A DNA stretch of 64,000 nt from Chrysomallon squamiferum (GCA_012295275.1 CM022670.1:25792001-25856000), one strand, 5' to 3'. Counted from the stretch's first letter, positions 28,739-53,750 are shown. Numbers and translations: made by a program. The notes: generated by a model not told the origin, from the sequence alone.

Positions 28739-29007
28739 CATGACATCTGACTGGCCATTTGAAAAGATGGTCTGTTTCCCGCTGTGAATTCGTTCTACCA
28801 GATCGTCATTCTTCTTCAGCGGACAACATCTGCGCATATGCTATTGCTGAAGAAACCAATGAGAATAAAATCATTTTCAGCCAAAATCAGACAGTCAAAC
28901 TTTCTTTTACTCTGTCCGTCGGTCCTTCGATCTATCTATTATGTTCAGCCAAACTGCCCTTGTTTGTCGGCTAAAGAAATTCAAACTGAGAGAGAGAGAG
29001 AGAGAGT
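28739..29007 (+). repeat. Dispersed ~260 bp repeat ending in (GA)n, copy 1 (SINE-like)
   Basis: catgacatctgactggccatttgaaaagatgg...cgttctaccagatcgtca...gctaaagaaattcaaa-(GA)n; matches the reverse complement of 53419-53750. Confidence 0.85.
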
Positions 29008-30152
29008 GTCAAACATACTCTCTAGGATAAAAAAAAACAGACATAAATTTAATAAACATAATGTAATAAACATCAATAAATTTAAAGTCTTCCTCTCTGG
29101 ACATCAAATTCTTCAGAGTGAAAAAAACTTTCTTAACGTCGACAGTTTTGTCTGCTACGGAAAATAAGGTCAGTTTTGGCTGCGTACGGTGAAAACTCGA
29201 AACATCACTCAACTTGTAGGTCACAGTTTAGATACATTTTAAGAGTCTAATGTCAGAGCTCAATAGAAATGGATGTGGGCAAGTACATCTATGTTACTTT
29301 GCTAAACACTAATGATCAACAAACTGTTAATTTTCCACACAGTTAATTTTAAACACCCGTATAAACACGCCTTGATTTTGGACAAAAGTTATGGAAATTA
29401 ATAGAACTAATTGACGTTTAATATTTCAGTTTTTAGCCATCAGCTTAAACAATTTTAAGGATGAATTCTCAAGAAGGATAATGAAAACATCTCCTATTGT
29501 TTACAATGGTTATTGTGCTCGCGACGCCAGTTTTTAAAAAAAATATTTCCATTCCACATTAGCAAACAATGATATCATGAATATTAATAATTCAAAGCGA
29601 TGATCTCTTCTTTGGTTATTAACTATAAGCGGATAATTTATTTATCGCTATTGTAAGCTTCATAAATCTCTTAAATGTTTCCAAAATTCAAAGATGCGAT
29701 TGGAACCTGATATGCGGAAAGACAACAGTAAATATTTAGACTGACATGTCAGATTTAGTAGATCATTAACTTGAGTTAGACCGCGTGCGTCCTTTCTGTC
29801 AACTTGATCGAATAGGATCCTCGCAAAGGATTAGATGTTTTTTACAGGCTCAAGTTCCACATCGTTAGGTTTCAAGTTAATAATACAACGAAAGCAGCAG
29901 ATTTTCCTCTCGCATTATATTCCAGGTTTATTTTTTCTTAGAAAGCAGAGGGATGTCCTCTCCTTCTTCTGACTGCAAGGTCATGAACAAGAATTCAAGA
30001 CGTACGACGGATTAACCTTCCTGAGATTCGTTAACGTGAAAGTGATGCCAGAAGTCGTGCAAAGTTTAGAACGGTTGGGAACTGGAAAGAGTTCGAGATT
30101 TCGTGCTGTTCGGCTTAATTGTACTTGAGATTGTCGTGGGAACAATTTCGTA

Positions 30153-30239
<87 letters not shown>

Positions 30240-31081
30240 ATCTCTCATTATTCTTCATATCTCACTTCGTTATTTACTGTTTCTCTCCATCTCTCTTTCA
30301 CTCTCTGTTATATATTATTTCAGTAATTCAGTCTATTCGTAATTCAAAAGGAAACCGTTAGATACATTACAGAAAGCTCACACTGCACTTATACTAATGA
30401 TAACAAACACAGTCTGTATATTTAAAGTAACAACATATTTATTAAACTGTATAGAAGCATTAGATGCATAGTAACAAAACATGGCAACCTGTTTGACAAT
30501 CAGTATTACATACTGCACATAATTATAACACATTTATTCTGAAATTTAATAAGGTATTACACATAAGCGCTAAACTAATATTCAACTTTGGCTTTTGTCC
30601 GCTAAATGTTTTATTAATATACTACCGTATACAGCTTCAGAGGCAAGCAAAATGGAACAACGAGAGCGTCAGACAAATGTAAACGCGCGCGTGTCTGTGT
30701 GTCTCTGTGTGTCTCTGTGTGTGTGTGTGTGTGTGTGTGTGCGTTCGCATCAGAACTTATTTTCTTCAGTTGTGGAATATATGAATCTTTTCAGGCTATA
30801 TGAACATCTAAATCTATTCTGTGGTTCTTGGGTATTTATTGTTCTCGAATATTTTGAGCACTTTGAGGAGGAATAAAAACAAATCAAAACACTAAAATAC
30901 ACAAACTGTATGAAAAAAAAAAATAAACTATAACAAATATATATACAAGTGCATAGAAAACAAAATTAACAAAATAAAAATGTTTTTTACTTTTTTCTCG
31001 AATGAGACAAAACTATTTTGAGCAATAACAACAAAAATATAATATAAAAAATAAACAACAGAAATAACATACACTTAAAAA

Positions 31082-31119
<38 letters not shown>

Positions 31120-31388
31120 TATATGAATCTATATCATGGTCTTTTTAAATTGTTAAACATATTATTGCCAAAGTACAAAATATCTCCGCTGATTTCAAAT
31201 CCAGGTATACACATACACCTGATCATAGTGTAAAGTTGAGATCACACTAACGGATAATGCCAATCTTTTTCTTCACTGTCAACATGTTATTAAAACTTAA
31301 ACTTAAAACATTACAGTACTCAGTGCAAAATCTTGTTTGGGATGATGATGAAATAACTAAATCTATTTAATTAGTTATAGCGGTAAAC

Positions 31389-31658
31389 GAGTGAGCGGTG
31401 TGCAGAGGTCTGGTGATGCCCGGGGCCAACTGCTTGATTCTGTGCCCCAAAGACTCAAGTGTGAGTCCTAGTACTGAGAAATATTAGGACAAAGGAAGAT
31501 ATTTTCAATATGTAAACACAAACGAAATATAAAATAAACACTTTATTCGATTTAACTATAAATCAACCAAATTTATGAAGTTATTTTCTGGATGCCCCCC
31601 CCCATTTGGATGCCCGGGGGACCACCGCCCTTTCGCCCCCCACCCCTGCACGCCTCTG
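31389..31658. mobile_element. hAT-like non-autonomous element just downstream of the ovo stop (probable 3' UTR)
   Basis: Ends gagcggtgtgcagagg / cccctgcacgcctctg with subterminal GATGCCC(GGGG) repeats. Possible 8-bp TSD: cggtaaac (31381) / cgataaac (31659). Confidence 0.6.
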
Positions 31659-31827
31659 CGATAAACGTCTTCTTTTTTGGATGTGTATATGTTGTTTATT
31701 CTAAATATTTCAAAAATATTTTCAATATTTTGTGAACATAACTTTGTATATATAATTGTTCCATCTGAATATAATCATTTTAAAAAAAAAATGCATCTAC
31801 TAGAGTCATACGTAATATTTTACTACA

Positions 31828-41503
<9,676 letters not shown>

Positions 41504-41689
41504 TTTGTCTGTATTTTAATATCTTTCAGAATTATTCCATCACAGAAGCACAATTCATGCTGCCGTCCTTTACAGTACATGTCATTACAAAGCCGTGAAA
41601 AAATATATATTATATCCACTTCCTTTAAAAAAATAATTTTTTTTTTTTTTTTTTTTTATAAGTTACAAATATCAACTCATTATTATGTT

Positions 41690-42170
41690 CAGTGCTGTAA
41701 CAGTAATTGTATAAGCTGGTAATAATCACCGAAGTTACGACAAATCGTTAATAAATCCGGCGAGAGAAGCCCTCCTTGCCGCAGAAGCCGTATAAGAACA
41801 AACGTCTTTAGAGAAAGTCGTAACGGGTATACCGTGATCCCGCTATGTAGCAGAAACTGTTAAGCTCCGTCATCAAAATAAACTACCCATGACATCTCAT
41901 CTTACCCCAGTACATTAACTGTCGTTTCTTAACGCTTGTGTGCAAGCAGGGGTAACGGGATGATTCTCCCGACGAGAGAGAACGGCTTCGTTACCCGTTT
42001 GTTGTGTGCGAGTCGGTTTTTCGCGAAATGTTTAACAAAATACCCACAAAATGCTTTATTCACTTCTTTTTTTCTTTTTTTTTCAATGTTTTTGTGTTCA
42101 CATCTGGACAGTTGTTATGAAGGTGCCCGGCCATACAAGATATAAAAGTGATGACCGTTCTTCTTGAATG
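41690..42170 (-). promoter_or_regulatory. Probable ovo promoter / 5' UTR island with Ovo-type TAACNG motifs
   Basis: CpG-rich segment just upstream of the ATG. TAACAG 41698, TAACGG 41821, AACTGTT 41855, TAACTG 41916, TAACGG 41953, CGTTACCCGTTT 41989. Strong minus-strand donor GGG|gtaaga at 41906/41905. Confidence 0.45.
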
Positions 42171-43183
42171 CTTTGTGGTCGCAGTGAAATTTATTCACTG
42201 AGACAGTGTACGAATTTGTATGTAAAAATCTTCTTTTTTTTCTATTTTTTTTTTTTTTTTTTGAAATAGTAATTATAACAGCTAGAGAGGAACAATAACA
42301 ACAAGAGGAAAATAACAGCCATGAAAAACCTACAAATAAGAATATTCATGGTTGTGCTTGTTGATGGATTTATGTGTGTGTTTGCGGGGCGATATGTTTC
42401 CCTGTATCTTGCACTCACAGAAAAAAAAAAAGGGTAGAGAAAATGGGTGAATGATTGAGAGACTAAGAAAGAGAGAGAAACTGAAATAGATAGATGTTCA
42501 TAGAATGAGTTAAGGAGTGAGAGATATTTTTTCTTCTTTTTTTCCATATGTTTTAGCCACTGTTTTTATAAAGAGTGGATAACGTTTTCTTTTCGAATTC
42601 AACAGGTTTATAAATTGATGTTTTTTGAAAAGAGATGACTAATAATCTATCTATAAAGCATCTTGAAACGGAATATCATTTAATATGCAAATAATAATAT
42701 GTGTCATAAAATGAAATAAAATTTTTACAACATTCATAAAATGTATATTAATCTAATACCCGCCATGCATTATAAAATTTTGAATTAATTATGAATATAT
42801 CAATACCCACACACACTCCTTTAACGATCTTGTCTAAAATAACCGATGGATTACATTTAACATACATACATATGTACATACATATACATACGTACTTAAA
42901 TACGTTCACAGATACATACATACATATACAGTATTTATACATACACAAAGACACACTCAGACATATGTACACATATACATAAATTAATATACAATTACAC
43001 ACAATAACTATAATCAATATGGTGAAGTCATAAATGAATGAATATGAACTTTTTAAATAGCAAATAAATATAAAAACTGCATATCCTGTATGCATAATGC
43101 ATATAGAAAATGAAAGACGAAATAAATTTTAAAAAAGAAATCAGCATTCATATAAAAAGGTTTATTTTAAGAGAGAGAGAGAG

Positions 43184-43265
<82 letters not shown>

Positions 43266-44705
43266 GAAAAGAAAAATGCGCTGTCATCTCTTTATAATCA
43301 TTTTTAAATTATAACAGGTCTTTTGCGTGCACGGTTTTTAAATCCCCTATTACCACCCATTTTCTTTCAACTTGGTCTGCCCACCTGTTAGAGGCAGGTT
43401 TCAGCCTTGCTTTAGTCAACAGGTATCAGTAACGTTAACTGGATTTTTTCTACGAGCGACACTCGACCTTTTCGTTGCACGAATATTACCGTTTCGTTTG
43501 TGGTTTCATTACAGAAACTAAACTCCATCAATAAGTGGATGTAGCTTTCTTTGAAACAAATATGTTAACGGTATCATTTTGAATTACCGTATCAAGTTAG
43601 CGTGCTTAAAACCGATTAAGATTCTGCCAGTTGCTTCTGCCACGCAACCTGTTCTGTTTCAGTTGCTTGTTTGTGACTAAGAATGAATGGGGGTACAGAA
43701 TAAAACGATACAACGGAATTAAATAAGCTATGGTTTTTTTTTTTTTTTTTATAAGGAATGTTGTATTGCTGAATCTAACCATAACACTGTAATTCAGTTT
43801 TCTATTTAAACTATTTCCCTAAAAATTCTGTTTAAACTATCGTCCTTGTAAACTGTAATCAATAAAATTTTGTATTTATTCAAGCACTATTCTAATGCAC
43901 AGCTTTTATTACTGAGTTGTTAAAATCGATGATTTTCCTATCAGGTATAATTTTCACACTTATGCTAAACACTGCAGGTTATTTCTGAGCAATGCCTATG
44001 TAAATAACTATTACCAGATAAATGGAAACGATCAGCTTGTTTAATTCAGTGTTGTCTTGAACAACTGAGGTACAGTGCTAGTGCTATGTCTAAATTCATG
44101 TATTACCAATCAAACGAAACCATCAGGCATGACATTCTGTTCACGTTACTTATTCATTTGCCGTCCGTTGCAGCAGTGTCTGTGTCCGTAGCCTTCAAAT
44201 GTTCCATTTTAAGATAGTGAAAGACGATTTGATGATCTGAAGCCAACACCTGACAGACAAAACAAGGTGACCCGATGAATTCTTTAAAGGAACTGATTCG
44301 AAAGACGACGAGTAAACAGCTCTTGTAATTGTTTTTCTATAATTTAGCTTCAAACAGAGTCAAGATGCGCTTGAACGCACAAATATCAATCATTCTCTCT
44401 GGCCATCCAGCACGGTCGATTAGAAGATTAAAATATTCAAAGAAAACGGAGATAAAGATTTAACCCGTATGTATCTGATAGCGGTTCAAGCGGCCGCCTT
44501 CAAAGATGAAGACGTGGTTAAGTTATTTTGGTTAAGGCAGTTCAGTCTGTATGTGTTTGATTAATCGCTTTTCTTGTTCGGCCTGGTTTTCTTTTCAAAC
44601 ATAAACAGTTATGAAATATAACATTCTTCACAAAAATAAAATACAGAAAATGTATCATGCCGTGTCTTTATCTATTTTTGTGGTTCGATATTTTCTTCAC
44701 TTTTG

Positions 44706-44811
<106 letters not shown>

Positions 44812-47800
44812 TTGTTCTAAAGTTATTGTTAGCGATGATTTTTAGAATGAAATTCACATTATTCTGAAAATTAAATTCTGCACCATAAAGGCCTTTTCTT
44901 CTCTCCCCCTGGAAAAAAACTGAAGAGAGGTGATTGAAATAAAAAAGGAATGTGACAAACTGTGTGGGTGTCACATTATTCAATCTGCAACCTAAAAGTT
45001 ACTAATTTTACAAGCACACGTTTTATTGATATGCAGCAATTTCAACAATCTGGGTAAATGTGATGTGATTAAAGATGTATCTATTCAGTTACAAAGTCAT
45101 TAGGCTGCATACCATAACTGCTGGATCATGATAAAATATTCAGCTCGCTGTAGATTATGTTCGTCGTTAACGGTTTTATTATAACATCATATATTATAAG
45201 AAATTCATTCACGCTATAAAATATTTTTGAAAAAAAAAAAATTATTTTAAAAATAAAGTCAAAAAGACGAAATCAAATGGAAAGCCACAAGAGCAGTAGA
45301 AGTTTGACATTATTCTTTTTTGTACAGTTCTTATAATATTCATTTTCAGCTGCTGAGCACGATCATAAAGAAAGATATATGCTTGGTCTTTTGGGGTTGT
45401 TTTTTTGTTGTTTTTTTTTTTTTTTTTTTTTTAAAGAGTGGTGTCTGAAATACCAGTGTTTGAAAACAAAGACTGAAAAGTTCATCCAGTAAGAAGATGA
45501 TCCTCAGTGACGTAATCTGATCAGTTTAATGCTCATTTTAACGGGATTTTACAGAAACTGTAACAAACGTTTTATGTTTGTCTTCTTGTGTGGTTTCTCT
45601 GAGTAAACAATTTCAGTTATGTTAATCCTGACGACAAAACGTTGGTCATACAGCCGAAATTCTAGCTCAGCTAGCAATTTTTTTTATACATACATACATA
45701 TATATATTCTCTCTGACGAAATCCTCTCCTCCGTGTTCGCCGATCACTTGATGCTTGGGCGTCGCGTAGCTTTGAAAAGGAGGGAAATTGCTGGTACATT
45801 AGAGCGACGTGATTACACACGATACAGATCTTTGACACAAGCAGCAATAAAAGCAATTCTCCGTTCGGTGAAATCTCGGAGATAAATTGTTAAGAATCAC
45901 GAAAAGATGCAACTCGATATATGATTTATCTCAGAAATTTCGTTTGAAACTGTTAGTGTTTCTTTGTGCCCAGTCCATCACTGAATGCTTCAGTCGCCCC
46001 GAGCATTCATTTTGCGAATTTGGCCAATCTAGGCTTTCTTTTGGTCAACGAAAATCACATGTCAGACGACACCGTCTCAGCCACGATAAACTATCCAGGA
46101 TTAAAATATCTCTATCGTCTTTTCCAGGGTAATTCAATATATTTAATAACTGGTTGTGCTCACCGTTAGGATGTTAGCACTTTTTTAGTCCACTTTTTTT
46201 TTCTTCTTCTTTTAAAAAAAAAATACAATGCTAGTACAGTTGTGGGTTTGTTTAGGTAAGCCCTCTGTGTTTTCTGCTGGATACGTGCTGGCTTTAAACA
46301 TACAAAGAGTCATCTCTTCGTTAACAAAGAAATCGTCTCAAAATTTTGTTTATCCAAGACTGAAACATCCAGAATGTGATATTGCATAATTTTATTTTAC
46401 CCATGGATTCTCATACATTTCTTGTATGAGTCAAAAGTGTGGTTTTAAAAAACATAATAATTGTGTAATATATATATATATAGACACGTTATTTATAGCA
46501 CCTTATATATACTACAGGTGAATGATAAACATTAACGTTAGTACTAACAGGATAGAACTGAAATACAGAAGCATTGGTAACAATAGCTACATTGGTGGTA
46601 GTATTGTTAGTATAAATGTTATAAAGATGTATACGTAGCAGCAGTTGTCGTGGTGTGGTGATATAAATAGTGAAGATGTTGAGAGAAGCTGTAGTAGATT
46701 CATAAATTAAATCTCACCTAAAATATATGTATTAATTAGCTGTTTATTAATTTGTCCGCCGGCAGTAGGTACCAGTCCATACATAACACACTTGTTTTAA
46801 ATCTTCTGTTAGAAACCATGGAAACCAATTACCTATTAAATTCACTGATTAGATCATGTGTGAATAAATGAATGAATTAGTTAATGAATGAAGAAAGGAA
46901 TCAATAAATAAGTGAACGAACACATGGACGAATAAATGAATGAACGAACGAATAAACATCACCTAATCCGCTGTCTTCTTATTCGTAACATTTCTAATCA
47001 CTGCGTTATTTATTCCTGCATGTAGAACTGTTATCTAACTGTCACGGATAATACAGAAACACGTTAGCATGTAATTGTTACACAACACTAATCTGGCGGA
47101 GTTCATTGCACTTTTAGTTTGATAATAGCTGGATCTTAACGATGGAGTATACATGTGTGGGTGTCCATGTGTCTATATAATATAAATATATATATATATA
47201 TATAGTCAATTATGCTTTCATATATATATATAAGTACATTTGACAATGTCAGACTGTAGTTTTCAAGTTCAGTAAACCGTAGAAACATAACAGTGGTAGA
47301 AAATAGACATGACATTTATAAATAAAATATTCTAAATAAATGAGTAAATGAACGGTTAGCTTGTGCAAATATAATCATACCTTTTTGTAAAAAGCTGACG
47401 TTAAATAACACAGATTTTATCAAAAAGGCTTGCTTGTAACTGCACCAAACTTCAAAAATATATTTACGATTAACGTTTCTATCTAGACCAAGTGGAAATT
47501 TTCTCGTATTGATTTAAACACATTAAAATATGTAATATTGATGCACGCAACATCAAGTTTAATCGAGTTTCTTGTTCTTCTTCATATTTATTTTTTTTCT
47601 TCTTCTTCTTCTTCTTCTTTTTTCCCACACTGCAAACAAACATGCAGGTAATCGCAGCGTGATAGTTCAAGCGGTGTTCTTTCGTGTGTTTATTGCTGTC
47701 CGCAGGGGGTACACATTTACCTTCTTTACTTTCGCAATACCGTCATGCACTGCGCCCACTGCATACAAACTGTTACAGCCTTCCGTTGTGAAAGAAATAT

Positions 47801-47825
47801 TCTTTTTAAAAAAAAAAAAAAAAAA

Positions 47826-47864
<39 letters not shown>

Positions 47865-48659
47865 GCTTATACATCATGAGTGTCATGTTTGGCGAAATGG
47901 GTAGTTTTAACATATCAATTAAACTTTCCCGTATTTTGCATTTTTCAGCTTTCACACTATTCAAGTTTATCTTGTAAAAACCTGAAAAAGAAGGATTACG
48001 AAAGAGATGACAATTTAATCCACGTTTTAAGACCGTTACCGAGATTATTCGTTGACATCAGACCCCGTTAAACATAACAGCTGGTGAGTGAGCGAATGAA
48101 TTAATAATGAACGAACGAAAGAATTAAGGAACGAACGATGGATGAATGAATAAAAGACAAATGCATGGTTGAAGGGACCTAAAAATGAATAAATTTAATG
48201 AATTGCTATTAATGATACTGCAGACATATTAATATTAAAAGTTATTTGATGTCATCCACACTTTTTTTCTTGCATATTCATGATATGAAAAAATAAACCC
48301 TCTGCTGTTACTGTACTAACATTTTTACCGATTTACACAAGGGACATTTTATATGCAGCTGGATTAATATCAGGAAAAATAATTTCAGTATTACGTCACT
48401 GCCTCCTAATTTAGTAACACCTTTAATGAAATTCAGTCTAGAAATTGTTTCACTGTCGTTATAGTAGAGTTTATAATGTATATTACTGTATTGTGATGAT
48501 AATGGTTGATGAATATGAATATGATGATGATGAAAAAATAACAACAGTAATAATAATTAAATATTTTTCTTAATATCGTTTCATTAAGTACTTGACATAA
48601 CAGAAGAAAATAAAAATAAATTAATTCGATTTTTGTGTTTTCCTTTCTGGATAAATAAT

Positions 48660-48716
<57 letters not shown>

Positions 48717-49535
48717 TAATCTAAGAAATGACAAAATAGATAAAAACCTGTGTTCATCGTGATCTTTATAAATTAATTTTAATTTTTTTATTTTGACTGT
48801 TTTTACTAAAATTATCATTAAAAAATTAAACAGCTACAACCATCTTCTTCGTGACAAGCTGATTATTTATTTAATTTTATTTATTTTTATTTATTTATTG
48901 TTTTTTTTTGTTTTTTTGTTATTTTGTTATTTTCTTCTTTTTTTTTTTCTTCTTTTTTTTCTTGTTATTGTTCTTTTGTTACTGTTTCTATTCATTATTT
49001 TAATTGTTATTTGGTTAATTAAGTTTGTTAGTTTTTTATTAAGGATTTGGATGGCTATATAATAAGAAACTATATAAAACAGATTAATGTCGGGAAAACA
49101 AGCAGTTTTACGTTGCCGTTCTAGAACTACTCGTAAATAAAACATTCTTTTTTATTTTAAATAAAATAGCCCCCATAATAGTGAAGAAAAAAAAAAAAAA
49201 CATTCTCTAGTTGCTTTTTTATAATATCTTGCATCGCTGACGTTTCAGTGTAACATGAAACATAATATTGTTTTCTAATCGTGTCACATTTTAAATTTAA
49301 ATTTGCATTAAATCAATTTACACACGTATGTGAAAAATCTTTTTCTGCGTTGACTTTTTTTTTTTTTTTTTTTTCTCCCCTTGATAATATAATGAACACA
49401 GTTTGAAAAAGTAAAAAAAAAAAAAAAATAAAAAAAGGTGTTTAATTTGGAAATTGATTTCACTTTGAAGCTCAGAAAATCAGAGTTAATAAATATCTAA
49501 TGTTTTAGGAGAGAAACGGGATGGGTGAACGGCTA

Positions 49536-49567
<32 letters not shown>

Positions 49568-51809
49568 CAATATCATGCGGAAGTAATTTTTTTTTATTTT
49601 TTTTTTAATTTGTAATTTTGGAGAAATTTTGTTTGGTATTAATAAGGAAGGAATTTCGGGCGTTCATTGTTGTTCTTGCTGTTCTTGATTTGATTTTGTT
49701 GTTGTTGCTTTTTAATTAATAGACAAATAAACTAATTATTAATTAATTAATTAATTAAAGAAACAAGTGCTTTTTTCCTGCGGGTTTCTTTTGTTGTTTT
49801 TATGTTGTTCTTTTTTTCATGGTATTATTGATGTTTGTTTGTTTGTTTTGTGTTGTTGGTTTTTTTTGGGTTTTTTGTTGTTTTGTTTCCAGAAAGTATC
49901 AGCTTTAAAATACACCAGTAACTGCAAATAAAACTAAATTTTAAAATCAACATTAAAACATTTGATTCCTATCCAAACATATTTTCAACATACATGTATT
50001 TTTATGTTGCACTGAGCTTGAGTAAACATGAAAGAATGATGTGTTTATATGTGTATGTATGTATGTGCTAAAATACTAGAAAAGTAATTTTTTTTTTTTT
50101 TTAAAGTGAATAAAGATTGGGGTGCTGACTGTTGTAAGCTTTTCATCACGCCAGTCGTAAAAATAAATCTGCCACAGTCGTTGTAACTTGCCTCTGAGTC
50201 ATAGAACTAACGAAGCCTACATGATTATATTGTTGGGACAACGGAAACCCAAATACTCCACCATTAAAAATAAGCCAATTGTTGTACACCGCGTGTCTTG
50301 TAGCGGGGCAGGAGATGTATGGCTGGGTGGTGAATAGACAATTGTAGAAAATATACTTATTATTCGTACTGAATGACAGTTATTGAAATTTCTGAACTGT
50401 TATAAACTGTCTGCGTCTTCTCCCTGTTCACATACATCATACATTTTCTCCTTTTCATTTCTTTTTCTTCTCGAATATACTTAATCTTGTTATCGTGAAT
50501 CGTTTTTTTTTTTTTTTTTTTTTTTTTTATCGGCTGTCGAGTTTTTTCTTCTTTTTTTTTTTTTTATAACGGTTTTTAGGTGAGTTTGCTTTTTACACTG
50601 TGGGGTGATGTTGACGTTTCTATTTTTTCTGCTTTTTTTTCCTTTATTTTTTTTTTTAAGTACTTTTTTAATTATTATTATTATTATTATTATTATTGTT
50701 GTACTCGTTGGAAGGAATGTTTTTTAAAAAAGCAAAGGGTTTTTTTTGTTTTTGTTTGTTTGTTGTTGTTGTTTTGGTATATTGTGCGGGGTGTATATTA
50801 TCATTTCTTTCTTTTACGTTTTATCTTTGTTTCGGGGAATATTAAATTACTCTTGTTGCTCTTACATTTATTTATTTATTTATTTACTCATTCAGTCGTT
50901 TATATTATTATTGTAACTGATAGTTTGTTATAAATGTTGCTGGGTTTTTTTTTCGCCGTGTTATTTTAGTCAAATTTCCACAAAACCGAAGCCTAACAAA
51001 TAACAGAAATAATTTTTAATTATTTTTCGCGACTTGAATTAATTTCAGAATTCTGTATACCAATGACCACCTGCAGATCCAGCTCGAACGCGAAGAATGG
51101 CCAAGCATCTGGTTCTGGGAACGTCAGTTTATAATTGACTGGAAAGCCACGGATAGTCGTAGCATTTTCTGTTTTCCTTTCTCTAATAAAAGTAAGGGAA
51201 TCTCGTGTTCTGTTTACATGGATTACTTCTCGTGATAGGATATTTTATCTTGCTCTTGTCCTCAGATACGTCTTTACTGTAAGGTGGATAAAAAAAAATA
51301 AAAAATAACAAGTCGACGGGTATCTCAATTTTCACGCTTGGTGCGCACGCGAAATCTGGTTGTTGTTCGTTAGCACGTGTTTTGGGGATATCTTATGTTG
51401 CAGATAATGATTAACGTATTTGGTTAATCTCTGAATTTAAGAAAGAATTGCAATTGGTATTAATAGAATTTCTGAAATTTACGATTATGATGATGATGAT
51501 GATGATGATAATGATGATGATGATGATGAATAATAATAACAAAAACACCACTACAGTTACTACTAAATAAAATCAACAAGAATAACAACAAAATATTATT
51601 AGTATAAATAAGAAGAAGAAGACGAATGAACGAATGGATGGATGAATGGATGGATGGATGGATGGATGGATGGATGAATCTAATGAAAAAGCGCGAAACC
51701 TTTTGTCTTTATAGAAATGTTTCATCAGTCTTTTTCTTTTAACACTAGGTTCTCGGTCAGATTTATGGTAGTTGATTCATTATCAATATTCTTGCAGTCG
51801 ATTCTCGAA

Positions 51810-52170
51810 TAATCTTATTTCTGTAGATTCTTTATTAGTCCTGTTGCAACATATTCTCGATTGCAGTGTAGTATATTTTCGATTGGTCTTATTTTAGTAT
51901 ATTATCGATTGGTCTTATTGTAATTTTCAATTGGTCTTCTTTTAGTATATTCTCGATTGATCTTATTGCAGTATTTTCGTAACTGGTCTTATTGTAGTGT
52001 ATTCTCGATTGGTCTTATTGTAAAACATTCGTGATTGGTCTTATTGTAAAACATTCGTGATTGGTCTTCTTGACTGGTTTTATTGTAGTATATTCTTGAT
52101 TGGTCTTAATATAGCATATTCGTGACTGGTCTTATTGTAGTACATTCTCGATTGATCTTATTATAGTATA
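51810..52170. repeat. Minisatellite, ~26 bp unit (TATTCTCGATTGGTCTTATTGTAGTA)
   Basis: About a dozen imperfect head-to-tail copies. Confidence 0.9.
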
Positions 52171-53413
52171 TATATTTGTCATTCGTTAAACTGTAATAGC
52201 AGATATAAAAATTATATTATCATTAATAGTAACTGACTAGCTCGAGACTCCATATCAACTGTCTTAGTTCAGATAGTAACTGTCGATAACTATTAATTGT
52301 AAGTAATTAGACTGCTGACTAGCTGACAACTAATAATACATCAGTGTTATTCAAATACTCTTAATTCGTTACACAGTCTCAATCCGAACCTTCTAACATT
52401 ACTACTTGACGTTTTTCCTGTAATATTTGATTAATGATGTTCAAATTAAACTGCTACAAAAGGAAAGCTTAGTTTTGAAAAACACAGGAGAAAACGTATT
52501 AAACAAGGAAGTAAAATTTACTCTTGCACCACGCTTAGATGGCCCTATAGTACTGCTCGGGCATCCTGAATGAAAATTACAGCTGCATACTTTTTATAAT
52601 AATAGAACATATAATACGTTAAACAAATTATACTGTTATATCACACACTTTGGATGTATACAATGGAAGATTTGACTGAATAATTTTGTTTATTTCAAAG
52701 ATAATATGCAATTCAGTGAAGTAGTAAAAACTATTTTTACTTTAGAAAAGAAACCCGACTCTGCAATCCTTCTTCTGCACGGAAAGGAAACCACTCAAGC
52801 ACTGAACGCGATTTCATATTTAAAAATTTATTTTATTAGTAGAAGTATGAAATTACTTCCAGACGTATTCTCTTCTTTATTCTCTTTTTCTTCATGTATT
52901 TTTCTTCTTTCTACTTTAAGTCTTTTATCTTTAGCTTTTTTTTTTTTTTTTTTTTTTTTTGGTGTTTGCTGGCTTTTGGATTCTTTTCATCATTACAATT
53001 AATTTGCTTATTTGATGCAGTTTATATTTTCTATGTTTATTTTTAATGTATTTTTTTTTATTATTATTTTTTTTTTTTTTTTCGTTTTGTTTTCCTTGTC
53101 GTTGTTATTGATATCGGTTATACGATGAACATCCAAAGGATGTTATCACCGAAAAAACAACAACAAAAAAAACATTTCTGTTTCATCTATTTTTTTTTTT
53201 TTTTTTTTTTTTTTTCAGGAGATGAATATTTGAGAAGGGTATAAAATAACAAGCAGCTTGCAGAAATAAACAGGGGTTTTGTGTGTAAACAGTATTAAAA
53301 ATAATCCAAGAAGAAAAGGACGAACATTTGACAAGTAAGTGTGTTTGAATATGTTTGTATATATATATATGTGTGGGTGTGTGTACAGAAACATACCTAA
53401 AAATAACAATGAT

Positions 53414-53418
<5 letters not shown>

Positions 53419-53503
<85 letters not shown>

Positions 53504-53750
53504 CAATTTGAATTTCTTTAGCTGTTTGGATGAACATAACAGATAACAGATCGATGGACAGTGTAAAAGAAAGTCGGACTGATGGACACTGACTGAAGAA
53601 GATTATTAGCATCAGTTTCTTTACATTAGTTTCGTCAGCAAGAACATTTGCCCAGATGTCTTCCACTAAAGAAATCTGACGATCTGGTAGAACGAGCTCA
53701 CAGCGGGAGTCCAAGAGGCCATCTTTTCAAATGGCCAGTCAGATGTCATG
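53419..53750 (-). repeat. Dispersed ~260 bp repeat ending in (GA)n, copy 2
   Basis: The first ~32 nt are identical to copy 1 and the rest is collinear but diverged, with the same (GA)n tail position. Confidence 0.85.

Noticed and set aside
51810-52170. Regularly spaced repeats as a possible CRISPR array
   Set aside because: The units are head-to-tail without unique spacers, the context is eukaryotic, and there are no cas genes.
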